Shown here: in pieces, positions 1 to 12,372 of the stretch | Position numbering within the stretch: the first letter of the stretch is position 1 | Layout of the letters: the number at the start of each line of letters is the position of its first letter | Made by a program: the position numbers and the translations under genes | The notes under the pieces: model-generated | The model's database searches: none | Seen by the model: the letters and a program-made list of their open reading frames with translations, nothing else | Told to the model about the DNA's origin: nothing | DNA from: Squalus acanthias | Taxonomy: Eukaryota | Direction: 5' to 3' | Assembly (NCBI GenBank): GCA_030390025.1 | Contig: CM059432.1 | Location: forward strand, 48,114,001-48,178,000 | DNA length: 64,000 nt

Positions 1-489
1 GAAAACTGACCGAGCTGGAAAACAAGAAAACTCTTCGAAGAAGTGGCTGATTTGGAAGAGGCAGAATTTACTTCATTAGAAAGAAAGCAAATTCAGAGAG
101 TAAGACTTTAAGGAATCTATTTAATCCCGTCCCCAATAAAAGATTTATTTTGCCTCAGGTCATATGAGGTAATACATTTCTGTTGCTCTCTGAGAACTTC
201 TCATTGACAGTCAAAGTAGTTGCTGTTATTTATTATCTCGCATCAGTTTTTCACATAAATATCATATAGTATCTCTTCAAGATCAAGCTCAAAATGAGCT
301 TAACTCAGATATGGAATTACTATTTAGTTGTTAGGTGGTGCATCATCAAACACTACATTAGCGAGTTGACTCTGTGACCTAGAAAGAACCAAGGTTTGGT
401 TGTAGGTTAGTGAATAGGTTGAACACTTAAAATTCAGCCCTGTCTAGAGAGTTTCTGAAAACAGGAACTCAATTCACTGTTACTAATAT

Positions 490-884
490 GGTAGCACAGT
501 GGTTATGTTACTGGACTAGTAAAATAGGCACCTGTACTAATAATCCAGAGATATAAGTTCATAATCCCACCATGGCAGTGGGGGAATTTACTATTCAATT
601 AATTAAATAAAAAGCTAGTATCAGTAATGGTGACCATGAAACTACCAATTGTTGTTAAAAACCCACCTGGTTCACTAATGTCCTTTAGGGAAGGAAATCT
701 GCCATCTTTACCTGGTTTGGCCTATATATGACTCCAGACCCATATCAATATGGTTGGCTCTGAAATGGCCTAGCAAGTCACTCCATTGTATTTAAGAAGG
801 CAGCTTCTCAAGGGCTATTAGAGATAAGCAATAAATGCTGACCTTACCAGCAATGCCCACATCCTGTGAAACAATTTAAAAAAA
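490..884 (+). mobile_element. tRNA-headed SINE-like element sharing both its 5' head and 3' tail with the LINE at 2334-6150
   Basis: Head GGTAGCACAGTGGTTATGTTACTGGACTAGT matches 2338-2370. Tail CTTCTCAAGGGC...GCAATAAATGCTG...GCCCACATCC plus A-run matches 6068-6150 and 47888-47968. Confidence 0.75.
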
Positions 885-1103
885 TCTAATTTACCTATTT
901 ATTGCAGTCTTTAATTGAGACATTGCATGCTTTGAGTGAAAATAAATGTCTATGGTTTTAATTATACTACAGAATAAATAACTTAAGCCAAGTTTAAATA
1001 ACTATTTGGAATTACGTAGCACAATGACAGCTTTACGTTTTGCTCTGTTACATCACTGTAGTTCACTGATTTCTAAGTTAACATACACAAGCTGTAGAGA
1101 TAG

Positions 1104-2148
1104 TGGGGGTTATTTTGGCCAAAGGGTGAAAACAGGCGCTAAATGGGTGCTGTGCTAATAAGAAACGCCTGTTTGAAAGTCCGGATTTAGCACGCAATTT
1201 TCGGGCTAATTGATGATTATCATGATTTGAACGTGCCTGCAGACACTAACCAGAAAGGTTTAGCACTTAAGTGCTGATTAGATGCAATTTTCGTGGAGCA
1301 GTAGATGTGGGGCCCTCGCACCCACTTCCACTGAAGGTGTGGAGTGCTTTGGCTGGCACACAGCAGCTGGTTTTAGGTTGGCTCAGGGACCGAAGGAGAG
1401 GGCGCACAGGTTCTTGGACGCAGCACTGGATGTCCTTGTGAAGGAGGTCCACAGTAAGAGGGATGTCCTGTACCCGCAGGGGGGAAGGACCTCACCTCGC
1501 CCTCCTGTCCCTCTCGCCTGCAGTAGCTGGTGCTGCTCTGCCTGAACTCATGTCCTCCACCCATTGCTCGTCCAGACCAGGGGGGACACCTAGCAAGATG
1601 CCCATGACAAACCACTCCCTTTCTCCTGGTGACTCCCACAAGGTGGATTAGCACTGCACTTACTCTTTTTAAGTCCTCAGAGAATTTCCGGAATAAATGT
1701 TGCTCGAGTGTTGGTGAAGTCATGACAAAGTGTCCTAGAAAGTCTCCCGATGTGTTTCAGAGGTCATCTTCACAGCTCCAGCAGCAATGATCATGAAATG
1801 GTGAGTATCTCTTTAAGTGGTGAGTATCCCTTTAAGTAGCGCTTGAAATTGACAGCAACACCGTGTTTACTCCCAAACAGTTGGTCACTGTTAAGAGAAA
1901 GCATTAGTTGAAGCGTTAGCCACCAAAATGCCGTGCAACCTCTTTACTGAGCGCTAGCAGGCATTTTAACTGGCAATCAGCTGTTTAATAAGCCTCTGGG
2001 TGGCCATTCCTAATGCTGGCTTCAACTCCTTTACCAAGATGGCGTCTTGCATTAAACGCAGGCCAAACCAGCGTTTCAGTTTAAGACCCCATCTTGGCCA
2101 TCACATTACCTCTTTAGTGCCCAAAGTATTCAGCGAAAACCTCCCCCA
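1104..2148 (+). mobile_element. Degenerate PIF/Harbinger element with Myb/SANT-like fragment
   Basis: Imperfect GGGGG...CCCCC termini. ORF 1282-1545 contains KERAHRFLDAALDVLVKEVHSKRDVLYP, similar to the Myb/SANT-like starts at 22746-23027 and 28033-28536. Confidence 0.6.
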
Positions 2149-2729
2149 GTATATACTATTAAAAAGGACCACTGCAGAAACCTTTGATTTTAATCAGATG
2201 AAACTTTCAATGTTGGATTCTTTTTAAGTGAACTAACTCTCACATTCTCCTGTTAAAGAGATGTCTGGTTTGTGGTGATGCAGTGGCCAGACCGAGTGTT
2301 ATATTGTACTTGTGGATACAGCTACATCAAAAGGGTGCAGTAGCATAGTGGCTATGTTACAGGACTAGTAATCACAGAGTCCTGGACCAATGATCTGGAG
2401 ATGTGAGCTCAAATCCCACCATGGTAGCTGGGGAATTTAAATTTAATTAAATAAATCTGGAATAAAAAAGTTATGAACAGCAATGGTGACCATAACATTG
2501 CCCTTTAGGGAAGAAAATCTGCCATCCTTACCTGCTCTGGCCTATATGTGGTGACTCTAGACCCACAGCAATGTAATTAACTGCCTTCAGTTGTACCAAA
2601 CTGCTAAAGAAAACAAATTTAAGAATAAAATTGGACAGATCAACCTCAGCACCAGCTTCACACACTTGACCCTGCAAAGTCCTCCTCACTAACATCTAGG
2701 GACTTGTGCCAAAATTGGGAGAGCTGTCC

Positions 2730-2841
2730 GAAAGAAAGACTTGCATTTATATTGTGCCTTTCATGACCACCGGATGTCCCAAAGCGCTTTACAGCCAATG
2801 AAGTACTTTTTGAAGTGTAGTCACTGATGTAATGTAGGAAA
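2730..2841 (-). mobile_element. Deu-SINE-like (SacSINE1-like) 3' tail inserted in the LINE
   Basis: AAGAAAGACTTGCATTTATA...CCAATGAAGTACTTTT...GTAATGTAGG. The same segment recurs at 26471-26581, and the opposite orientation at 24660-24810. Confidence 0.65.
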
Positions 2842-5251
2842 CAGACTAGTCAAGCAACAGCCTGACATAGTCATACTCACAGAATCATATCTTTCAGCCA
2901 ATGTCCCAGACTCCTCCATCACCATGTCCTGTCCCACTGGCAGGATAGACCCACCAGAGGTATACCACTGTGGTATACAGTCGGGATGGAGTAGCCCTGG
3001 GAGCCCTCAACATTGACTCCAAACCTCATGAAGTCTCATGGCTTCAGGTCAAGCATGGGCAATGAAAACTCCAGCTGATTACCACCTACCACCCTCCCTC
3101 AGCTGATGAATCAGTACTCTTCCATGTTGAACACCACTTGGAAGAAGCACTGAGAGTAGCAAGGGCACAGAATTTACTCTGGGTGGGGACTTCAATGTCC
3201 ATCACCAAGAGTGGCTCGGTAGCACCACTACTGACCGAGCTGGTCGAGTCCTGAAGGACATAACTATCAGACTGGGCCTGCGGCAGGTGGTGAGAGGACC
3301 AACACAAGGAAAAACCTACTTCATCTTTGTCCTCACCAATGCATCTATCGCAGATATATCTGTCCATGACAGTATTGGTAGCAGTGACCACCGCACAGCC
3401 ATTGTGGAGACAAAGTTCCATCTTCACACTGAGGACACCCTCCATCGTTTTGTGTGGCACTACCACCGTGCTAAATGGGATAGATTTAGAGCAGATCTAG
3501 TAGCTCGAAATTGGGCATCCATAAGGTGCTGTAGGCCATCAGCAGAATTGTATTCCACCACAATCTGTAACCTCATGGCCTGGCATATCCCTCGCTCTAC
3601 CATTACCATCAAGCCAGGGGACCAACCCTGGTTCAATGAGGAGTGCAGAAGAGCATGCCAGGTGCAGCACCATGCGTACCTATAAATGAGGTGCCAACTT
3701 GGGGATGCTGCAACATAGGACTACATGCATGCTAAACAGCGGAAGCAGCATGTTATAGACAGAGCTAAGCGATTCCACAACCAACAGATCAGATCAAAGC
3801 TCTGCAGTCCTGCCACATCCAGTCGTGAATGGTGGTGGACAATTAAACAACTAACGGGAGGAGGAGGCTCCATGAACATCCCCATCCTCAATGATGGTGG
3901 AGCCCAGCACATGAGTGCAAAAGATAAGGCTGATGCATTTGCATCTTCAGAAGTGCCAAGTGGATGATCCATCTTCGCCTCCTTCTGAGGTCCCCACCAT
4001 CACAGAAGCAAGTCTTCAGCCAATTCGATTCACTCCACATGATATCAAGAAACGGCTGAGCGCACTGGATACAGCAAAGGCTATGGCCCCTGACAACATC
4101 CCGGCTGTCATGCTGAAGACTTGTGCTCCAGAACTAGCCCACCTCTACCAAACTGTTCCAGTACAGCTACAACACTGGCATCTCCCGACAATGTGGAAAA
4201 CTGCCCATATATGCCCTGTCCACAAAAAGCAGGGCAAATCCAATCCAGCCAATTACTGCCCCATCAGTCCACTCTCAATCATCAGCAAAGTGATGGAAGG
4301 TGTCATCGACAGTGCTATCGAGCACCACTTACTCACCAATAACCTGCTCACCGATGCCCAGTTTGGGTTCCACCAGGACCACTCGGCTTCAGACCTCATC
4401 ACAGCCTTGGTCCAAACATGGACAAAAGAGCTGAATTCCAGAGGGGAGGCGAGAGTGAATGCCCTTGACATCAAGGCAGCATTTGACCGAGTGTGGCAGC
4501 AAGCAGCCATAGTAAAATTGAAGTCAAGGGAATCAGGGGGAAAACTCTCCACTGGCTGGAGTCATACCTAGCACAAAGGAAGATGGTTGTGGTTGTTTGA
4601 GGCCAATCATCACAGCTCCAGGACATCGCTGCAGGAGTTCCTCAGGGCAGTGTCCTAGGCCCAAACATTTTCAGCTGCTTCATCAATGATCTTCCCTCCA
4701 TCATAAGGTCAGATGTGGGGATCTTGTGCTGATAAGTGGCAAGTAACATTCGTGCCACACAAGTGCCAGGCAATGACTATCTCCAACAAGCGAGAGTCTA
4801 ACCACCGCCCTTTGACATTCAACGGCATTACCATTGCCGAATCCCCCACCATCAATATTCTGGGGGGTCACCATTGACCAGAAAATTAACTGGACCAGCC
4901 ACATAAATACTGTGGCTACACGAGCAGGTCAGAGGCTGGGTATTCTGTGACCAGTGTCTCACCTCCTGACTTTCCACCGTTTACAAGTCACAAGTCAGGA
5001 GTGTGATGGAGTAATCTCCACTTGCCTGGATGAGTGCAGCTCCAATAACACTCAAGAAGCTCAACATCATCCAAGACAAAGCAGCCCGCTTGATTGGCAC
5101 CCCATCCACCACCTTAAACATTCACTCCCTCCACCACCGGCGTACCGTGGCTGCAGTGTGTACCATCTACAAGATGCACTGCAGCAACTCACCAAGGCTT
5201 CTTCGACAGCACCTCCCAAACTCATGACCTCTACCAGCTAGAAGGACAAGG

Positions 5252-5564
5252 TGTAAGGGGGCGTGTCTCAGATGGTGCTGGTGCGAGGTTAGGCCTTCAT
5301 TGCCTATACTATTGCTTGCTCTGGTCTCCGGCCAGCCTTTTTGCAATAAGCACCTGTGAGTGGTTCGACCCACTCGCCCTTACGGTTCTGACACCTGGAC
5401 TTAGATGCAAGGAGCAGTAATGCAGAGAAAAACTCAAATAGACCCGGTTGAATAGTACAAAATGAAATCTTTATTGCATGGCGTCTAAAATCATGAAATA
5501 CATGTCATAGGCGCAAATCAAAGAGAGTACAAATATACACACATTCATAAAGCTTGGTCTATGG
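5252..5564 (-). mobile_element. LTR copy (U5 end) of the gag/env element family, truncated by the gap
   Basis: Starts TGTAAGGGG and is colinear with 33834-34590 (excluding the SINE) and 42322-42630. It interrupts the LINE at GAAGGACAAGG. Confidence 0.9.
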
Positions 5565-6035
5565 NNNNNNNNNNNNNNNNNNNNNNNNNNNNNNNNNNNN
5601 NNNNNNNNNNNNNNNNNNNNNNNNNNNNNNNNNNNNNNNNNNNNNNNNNNNNNNNNNNNNNNNNNNNNNNNNNNNNNNNNNNNNNNNNNNNNNNNNNNNN
5701 NNNNNNNNNNNNNNNNNNNNNNNNNNNNNNNNNNNNNNNNNNNNNNNNNNNNNNNNNNNNNNNNNNNNNNNNNNNNNNNNNNNNNNNNNNNNNNNNNNNN
5801 NNNNNNNNNNNNNNNNNNNNNNNNNNNNNNNNNNNNNNNNNNNNNNNNNNNNNNNNNNNNNNNNNNNNNNNNNNNNNNNNNNNNNNNNNNNNNNNNNNNN
5901 NNNNNNNNNNNNNNNNNNNNNNNNNNNNNNNNNNNNNNNNNNNNNNNNNNNNNNNNNNNNNNNNNNNNNNNNNNNNNNNNNNNNNNNNNNNNNNNNNNNN
6001 NNNNNNNNNNNNNNNNNNNNNNNNNNNNNNNNNNN
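5565..6035. other. Assembly gap (471 N)
   Basis: Run of N. Confidence 1.
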
Positions 6036-6193
6036 CTGCAGCGGTTCAAGAAGGCAGCTCACCGCCACCTTCTCAAGGGCAATTATGAATGGGCAATAAA
6101 TGTTGGCCTTGTTAGCGACGCCCACATCCCAGGAATGAATTAAAAAAAATTAAAAATCTAATGGGAGATTGTTTTATCGTGCAATTGAATTGG

Positions 6194-7490
6194 TAAGTGG
6201 TCCACATTGTCCAAGGCCTCATCGTGGATTTTGATAATCGGGGGGCAGTACTGTGTGGCAGGGGCAGGTTGGTAGAGGACCTTTGTCTTACGGATGTTTA
6301 GTGTAAGGCCCATGCTCTCATACGCTTCGGTGAAGGTGTTGACGATGGTTTGGAGCTCGACCTCCGAGTGTGCGCAGGCGCAAGCGTCGTCTGCATACTG
6401 TAATTCGACGACAGAGGATGGGACGACCTTGGATCTGGACTTGAGGCGACAGAGGTTGAACAGTTTCCCATTTATTCTGTAAATTAGCTCCACTCCAGCA
6501 GGGAGCTTACTGAGGGTGAGATGGAGCATTGCAGCCAGGAAGATCGAGAAGAGCATTGGTGCGATGACACAGCCTTGCTTGACCCCAGTCCGTACGTGAA
6601 TTGGGTCTGTGGTGGAACCATTGGTCAGGATCATGGTTTGCATGTTGTCGTGAAGCAGGCGGAGGATGGGGACAAACTTTTGAGGACATCCGAATTTGAG
6701 GAGGACACTCCATAATCCCTTGGGAGCCTACTGTCAGCAAGGGCAGACGTTGATGACAAAGTCCAACACCGCCTTCAGTGCGCCAGTGCAGCCTTCGGTC
6801 GTCTGAGGAAGAGAGTGTTTGAAGACCAGGATCTCAAACCCAGCACCAAGCTCATGGTCTACAGAGCAGTAGTGATACCCGCCCTCCTGTATGCCTCAGA
6901 GACATGGACCATGTACAGCAGGCACCTCAAAGCACTGGAGAGGTACCACCAACGCTGCCTCCGCAAGATCCTGCAAATCCATTGGCAGGATAGGCGCACC
7001 AACGTCAGTGTTCTCGCTCAGGCCAACATCCCCAGCATCGAAGCTTTGACCACGCTCGATCAGCTCCGATGAACGGGTCACATCGTCCGCATGCCCAATA
7101 CGAGACTCCCAAAACAAGTGTTCTACTCGAAGCTCCGGCATGGCAAGAGAGCCCCAGGTGGGCAGAGGAAACGCTTCAAGGACACCCTCAAAGCCTCCTT
7201 GAAAAAGTGTAACATCCCCACCGACACCTGGGAATCCCTGGCCCAAGACCGCACAAAGAGGAGGAGGCGCCGAACACCTCGAGTCTCTTCGCCAGGAGCA
7301 AGCGGAAGCCAAGCGGAAGCAGCGCAAGGAGTGCACGTCAACCCAAGCACCCCACCCACCCGCCCTTCAACCACCGTCTGCCCCACCTGTGACAGAGACT
7401 GTAGGTCCCGCATTGGACTCATCAGTCACCTGAGAACTCATTTTTAATGTGGAAGCAAGTCATCCTCGGTTCCGAGGGACTGCCTAAGAA
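6194..7490. mobile_element. RTE-clade LINE 3' part with 5' inversion (6194-6720 minus, 6721-7490 plus)
   Basis: The minus arm encodes GVKQGCVIAP...LQYADD. The plus arm encodes the C-terminus with CPTCDRDCRSRIGLISHLRTH and an (AAG)n tail. The two arms are adjacent in the uninverted copy at ~52570-52620. Confidence 0.9.
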
Positions 7491-8051
7491 GGGCTTTTCT
7501 TTCACAGGCTGTTGTCGGGAGCGACGAGACTGGAGGTCCTGTGAGTATTTGAACTCACTTTCGCGGGCTTTTCTTTCACAGGCTGTTGTCGGGAGCGACG
7601 AGACCGGAGGTCCTGTGAGTATTTGAACTCACTTTCGCGGGCTTTTCTTTCACAGGCTGTTGTCGGGAGCGACGAGACCGGAGGTCCTGTGAGTATTTGA
7701 ACTCACTTTCGCGGGCTTTTCTTTCACAGGCTGTTGTCGGGAGCGACGAGACCGGAGGTCCTGTGAGTATTTGAACTCACTTTCGCGGGCTTTTCTTTCA
7801 CAGGCTGTTGTCGGGAGCGACGAGACTGGAGGTCCTGTGAGTATTTGAACTCACTTTCGCGGGCTTTTCTTTCACAGGCTGTTGTCGGGAGCGACGAGAC
7901 TGGAGGTCCTGTGAGTATTTGAACTCACTTTCGCGGGCTTTTCTTTCACACGCTGTTGTCGGGAGCGACGAGACGGAGGTCCTGTGAGTATTTGAACTCA
8001 CTTTCGCGGGCTTTTCTTTCACAGGCTGTTGTCGGGAGCGACGAGACCGGA
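7491..8051 (+). repeat. Tandem array of ~7.6 near-identical 74-bp monomers forming the CR1 5' end
   Basis: Units start at 7491, 7565, 7639, 7713, 7787, 7861, 7935 and 8008 (partial). There are no spacers. Confidence 0.95.
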
Positions 8052-8482
8052 AGCGGACCAGGTGGGAAGCACCCAGGTGAACGGCATTTAAGGAGGGTGG
8101 TGGCTTAAACCCGAGTTCAGGAACTCCCACCCGCCCTCCTCCTCTAACCTACTAGTCTTTTAGCAGTCTAAAAACAGAGGTCACAAATTTTTTGGTCTCA
8201 GTTTCTTTTCAGCAGGGCAGGAACCGGGAGGAGCGGGAAGTCGGTGTAGGACCAAGGAGACACAAGACCGGGAAGTCAGCGAAAGACCAGGGAGGTAAGA
8301 CTAACTGGTAAGTACTTTCCTCAAACCTTCCTAGAAAGTAAAACTAAAACTAGTGGGATTTGGTTAGTTTAAAAAGGAATAAGAGGAGTACAGTATACAT
8401 TGGTCTAAGTAAGCTTCGGGAAAACAAAAGTCAATAAATAAACTAAAACTAGAAAATTAAAAAGTAATATAAGGGTTAAGTC

Positions 8483-9430
8483 ATGGCAGTAGAGCTCGGA
8501 CCTGTGTCATGCTCCTCCTGTAACATGTGGGAAATCAGGGACGCTTCCTGTGTCCCTGACAACCATGTGTGCGGGAAGTGTGTCCAGCTGCAGCTCATGT
8601 GGGACCGCATGACGGCCCTTGAGCTGCGGATGGACTCACTTTGGAGCATCCACGATTCTGAGAGGGTTGTGGATAGCACATTTAGTGAGTTGGTCACACC
8701 GCAGGTTAAGGCCAGCGTAGATAGTACATGGGTGACCAAAAGGCAGAGCAAGGGCAGGAAGGTAGTGCAGAAATCCCCTGGGGTTGTCTCCCTTAGCAAC
8801 AGGTTCACCGCCTTAGGTGCTGTTGTCGGGGGGGATGACTCATCGGGGGAAGGCACCAGCAGCCAGGCTCATGACACCATGACTGGCTCTGTTGCAAAGA
8901 AGGGAGGGAAAAAGAGTGGCAGGGCTATAGTAATAGGGGATTCGATTGTAAGGGGAATAGATAGGGGTTTCTGTGGTCGCGACCGAGACTCCAGGATGGT
9001 ATGTTGCCTCCCTGGTGCAAGGGTCAAGGATGTCTCGGCGCGGGTGCAGAACATTCTGGAGGGGGAGGGGGAACAGCCAGTTGTCGTGATACATGTTGGT
9101 ACCAACGACGTAGCTAAAAAAAGGGAAGAGGTCCTACAAGTAGAATTTAGGGAGTTAGGAGCCAAGCTAAAAAGTAGGACCTCGAAGGTAGTAATCTCTG
9201 GATTACTACCAGTGCCACGTGCTAGTAAGAGTACAGAGAACAGGATAGTTAGGCTAAATACGTGGCTTGAGCAGTGGTGTAAGAGGGAGGGTTTTAAATT
9301 TTTGAGGCATTGGAACCAGTTTTGTGGTAGGTGTGACCTATACAAAAGGGACGGTCTACACCTGTGCAAAGATGGAACTGATGTTCTCGGGGTAATTTTT
9401 GATAAAGCAGTTCGGGAGCATTTAAACTAG
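8483..9430 (+). CDS. CR1 ORF1p: Cys-pair zinc finger, coiled coil, SGNH/GDSL esterase domain
   Basis: Intact 315 aa with CSSC...CGKC, IVIGDSIVR, IHVGTND and DGLHL motifs. Confidence 0.9.
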   Translation: MAVELGPVSCSSCNMWEIRDASCVPDNHVCGKCVQLQLMWDRMTALELRMDSLWSIHDSERVVDSTFSELVTPQVKASVDSTWVTKRQSKGRKVVQKSPGVVSLSNRFTALGAVVGGDDSSGEGTSSQAHDTMTGSVAKKGGKKSGRAIVIGDSIVRGIDRGFCGRDRDSRMVCCLPGARVKDVSARVQNILEGEGEQPVVVIHVGTNDVAKKREEVLQVEFRELGAKLKSRTSKVVISGLLPVPRASKSTENRIVRLNTWLEQWCKREGFKFLRHWNQFCGRCDLYKRDGLHLCKDGTDVLGVIFDKAVREHLN

Positions 9431-9504
9431 TATGGCAGGGGGCTAGAAACCTATGTAGTGAAATAGAGGAAAGTGAAAGGCAGACAGAAATAAATGGTAA
9501 AAGG

Positions 9505-12372
9505 GTGAGGAACAAAAAACAAAGGGCCAAACTAATTCATAAAAAATGTGAGCATAAAAAAAGCCTGAGGGTTTTATACCTTAATGCGAGAAGCATCAGG
9601 AACAAGGTAGATGAATTAGCTGTGGAAATAAAGGTTAATAATTATGATCTAATTGGGATTACGGAAACATGGTTGCAGGGTGAGCAGGGCTGGGAGCTTA
9701 ACATACAGGGGTATTCAGTATTTAGGAAGGATCGACAAAAAAGAAAGGGAGGAGGGGTAGCATTGCTGGTAAAAGAGGGGATAAATGCAATTGAAAGGAA
9801 GGATATTAACTCAGTTAATACAGAATCTATATGGGTGGAGCTAAGAAATAGCGAGGGGAGAAAAACATTATTAGGAGTGGTATATAGGCCTCCAAATAGT
9901 AAAATAGAGGTTGGGGAGGGCATCACGAGGGAAATTAGAGAAGCGTGCAATAAGAGCACAGCTGTCATCATAGGTGACTTTAACTTACATATAGATTGGG
10001 CTAGCCTAATCAGTAAAAATAATGAGGAGGAGGAATTCCTTGAGTGTTTAAGGGATGGTTATCTGGATCAATATGTCGAGGAACCAACTCGGGAACAGGC
10101 TATATTGGACTGGGTACTGTGCAATGAGAAGGGACTAATTAGTAATCTTGTTGTACGGGGACCCTTGGGTCAGAGCGATCATAACATGATCGATTTCTCA
10201 CTCGAAATGGAGAGCGAAGAAATTGACTCAGAGACTAAGGTCCTGAATTGAAACAAGGGGAATTATGATGCCATTAGACGGGAACTGAGTAGGTCTGATT
10301 GGACAACGTTCCTGGGAGGACTGGAGGTAGATAAACAATGGCAAGCATTTAAAGATAGAATGACAAAATTGCAAAAATTGTTTATACCAATCTGGCATAA
10401 AAGGAAATCTAAAAAGGTGACTCAACCGTGGATAACAGGGGAAATTAGAGACAGCATAAAATCCAAAGATAGGGCGTATAAAATAGCCAAAAAAAGCGCC
10501 AGAGCGGAAGATTGGGAACAGTTTAAGATAGAGCAAAGGAGGACAAAGGGCTTAATCAAGAGGGGCAAAATAGCTTACGAAAGCAAGCTGGCGGAAAATA
10601 TAAAAACTAACTCCAAAAGCTTTTATAAGTATATCAAGAGGAAAAGACTGGTGAAAACCAAAGTTGGTCCATTGCAGTCAGATACGGGGGAATATATAAC
10701 GGGAAATAAGGAAATGGCAGACCAACTAAATGCATACTTTGGGTCAGTCTTTACGAAGGAAGACACAAAAAACCTCCCTGGGATATCGGGAAAAATAGGG
10801 ACATCGGCAAAGGAGGAACTGACGCAAATCAATATCTCTAAGGATATGGTGTTAAGGAAGCTAAAGGGATTGAAGGCGGACAAATCCCCAGGGCCTGATA
10901 ACATGCATCCTAGGGTACTGAAGGAGGTGGCCCTAGAGATAGCGGATGCACTAAGTATGATTTTTCAGAATTCATTAGACTCGGGAACAGTGCTCATGGA
11001 TTGGAGGGTAGCTAACGTTACCCCACTATTCAAAAAGGGGGGTAGGGAAAAAGCAGGTAATTACAGACCTGTAAGCCTTACATCAGTTGTGGGCAAAATG
11101 CTGGAGTCCATCATTAAGGATGAAATAGCGGAGCACTTAGCAAATGGGGACAGGATAGGACAGAGTCAACATGGATTTACAAAGGGTAAATCGTGCTTGA
11201 CTAATCTATTGGAATTTTTTGAGGGAGTAACTGGTAAAATAGATGGGGGAGAGCCAGTAGATGTGGTGTACCTGGACTTCCAAAAGGCCTTCGATAAGGT
11301 CCCACATAAAAGATTAGCATGGAAAATTGAAGCTCATGGGATAAAGGGGAAAGTATTGACGTGGATAGAGAACTGGCTGTCAGATAGAAAACAGAGAGTT
11401 GGAATAAACGGCTCATTTTCTGAATGGCAGGCAGTAACAAGTGGGGTACCACAGGGATCTGTCCTGGGTCCCCAGCTGTTCACAATTTACATTAATGACC
11501 TGGATCAGGGAGTCGGATGCAGCATTTCCAAATTTGCAGACGACACTAAACTAGGAGGGGGGGTGGGCTCAGAGGAGGAGACCAGGAAGCTCCAGAGCGA
11601 TTTGGACAGACTGGGTGATTGGGCGGATAAATGGCAGATGCACTATAATGTGGACAAGTGCGAAGTTATCCACCTTGGGTGCAGGAACGGGAGGGCAAAT
11701 TATTATTTAAATGGCAATAAATTGGGAGAGGGGGAAATACAGAGAGACCTGGGTGTTCTTGTACACCAGTCACTGAAGGCGAGCATGCAGGTGCAACAGG
11801 CGGTCAAGAAGGCAAACGGTATGCTGGCCTTCATAGCAAAAGGGTTGGAATACAGGAACAGGGATACCTTGCTGCAGCTGTACAGGGCACTGGTGAGACC
11901 ACACCTCGAGTACTGTGTACAGTTTTGGTCGCCTCATCTGAGGAAAGATGTTCTTGCCATGGAGGGGGTGCAGCGGCGATTCACCAGGCTGATACCAGGA
12001 ATGGCGGGATTGACCTATGAGGAGAGACTATGTAGTTTAGGGATGTACACACTGGAGTTTAGAAGATTGAGAGGGGACCTCATAGAAGTGTATAAAATTC
12101 TGACAGGTCTAGACAGACTAGATGCAGAAGGAATGTTTCCCTTGGCGGGTGAGAACAGAACTAGAGGACATAATTTAAGGATAAGGGCTAAACCATTTAG
12201 GACAGAAATGAGGGGGAATTTCTTCACTCAGAGGGTGGTGAACCTGTGGAACTCATTGCCACAGAGGGCAGTGTACGCCAGCTCATTAAATATATTTAAG
12301 AGGGAATTAGATATATTTCTACAGGCAAAAGGGGTTAAGGGTTACGGAGAGAAGGCAGGGACGGGATACTGA
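9505..12372 (+). pseudogene. CR1 ORF2p (APE endonuclease + reverse transcriptase) with one premature TGA at 10249-10251
   Basis: ORFs 9505-10251 and 10360-12372 share a frame. Motifs LNARSI, GITETW, GDFN, SDH, YLDFQKAFDKV, GVPQGSVLGP, KFADD. The paralog at 29763 reads VLNLNKGNY across the stop. Confidence 0.92.

Larger units (their letters stand above)
2334..6150 (+). mobile_element. Decayed LINE (CR1/L2-group, APE-RT), interrupted by a SINE tail, an LTR and the assembly gap
   Basis: APE motifs (GDFNVHH at ~3186, SSDHRT) and RT motifs (PANYCPISPLSIISKVME, QFGF, ALDIKAAFDRVW, GVPQGSVLGP) in broken frames. The 3' tail resumes after the gap at 6036 and ends in an A-run. Confidence 0.85.

Noticed and set aside
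1..105. Possible exon at the window edge (plus-strand GTAAGA donor; minus-strand TTTTCCAG acceptor)
   Set aside because: All plus frames contain stops and too little sequence is visible.
5471..6125. Long ORFs in the ORF track
   Set aside because: Artefacts of translating the N gap.
7491..8051. CRISPR-like regular repeat array
   Set aside because: Head-to-tail units with no unique spacers, no cas genes, eukaryotic context, and contiguous with a CR1 5' UTR.
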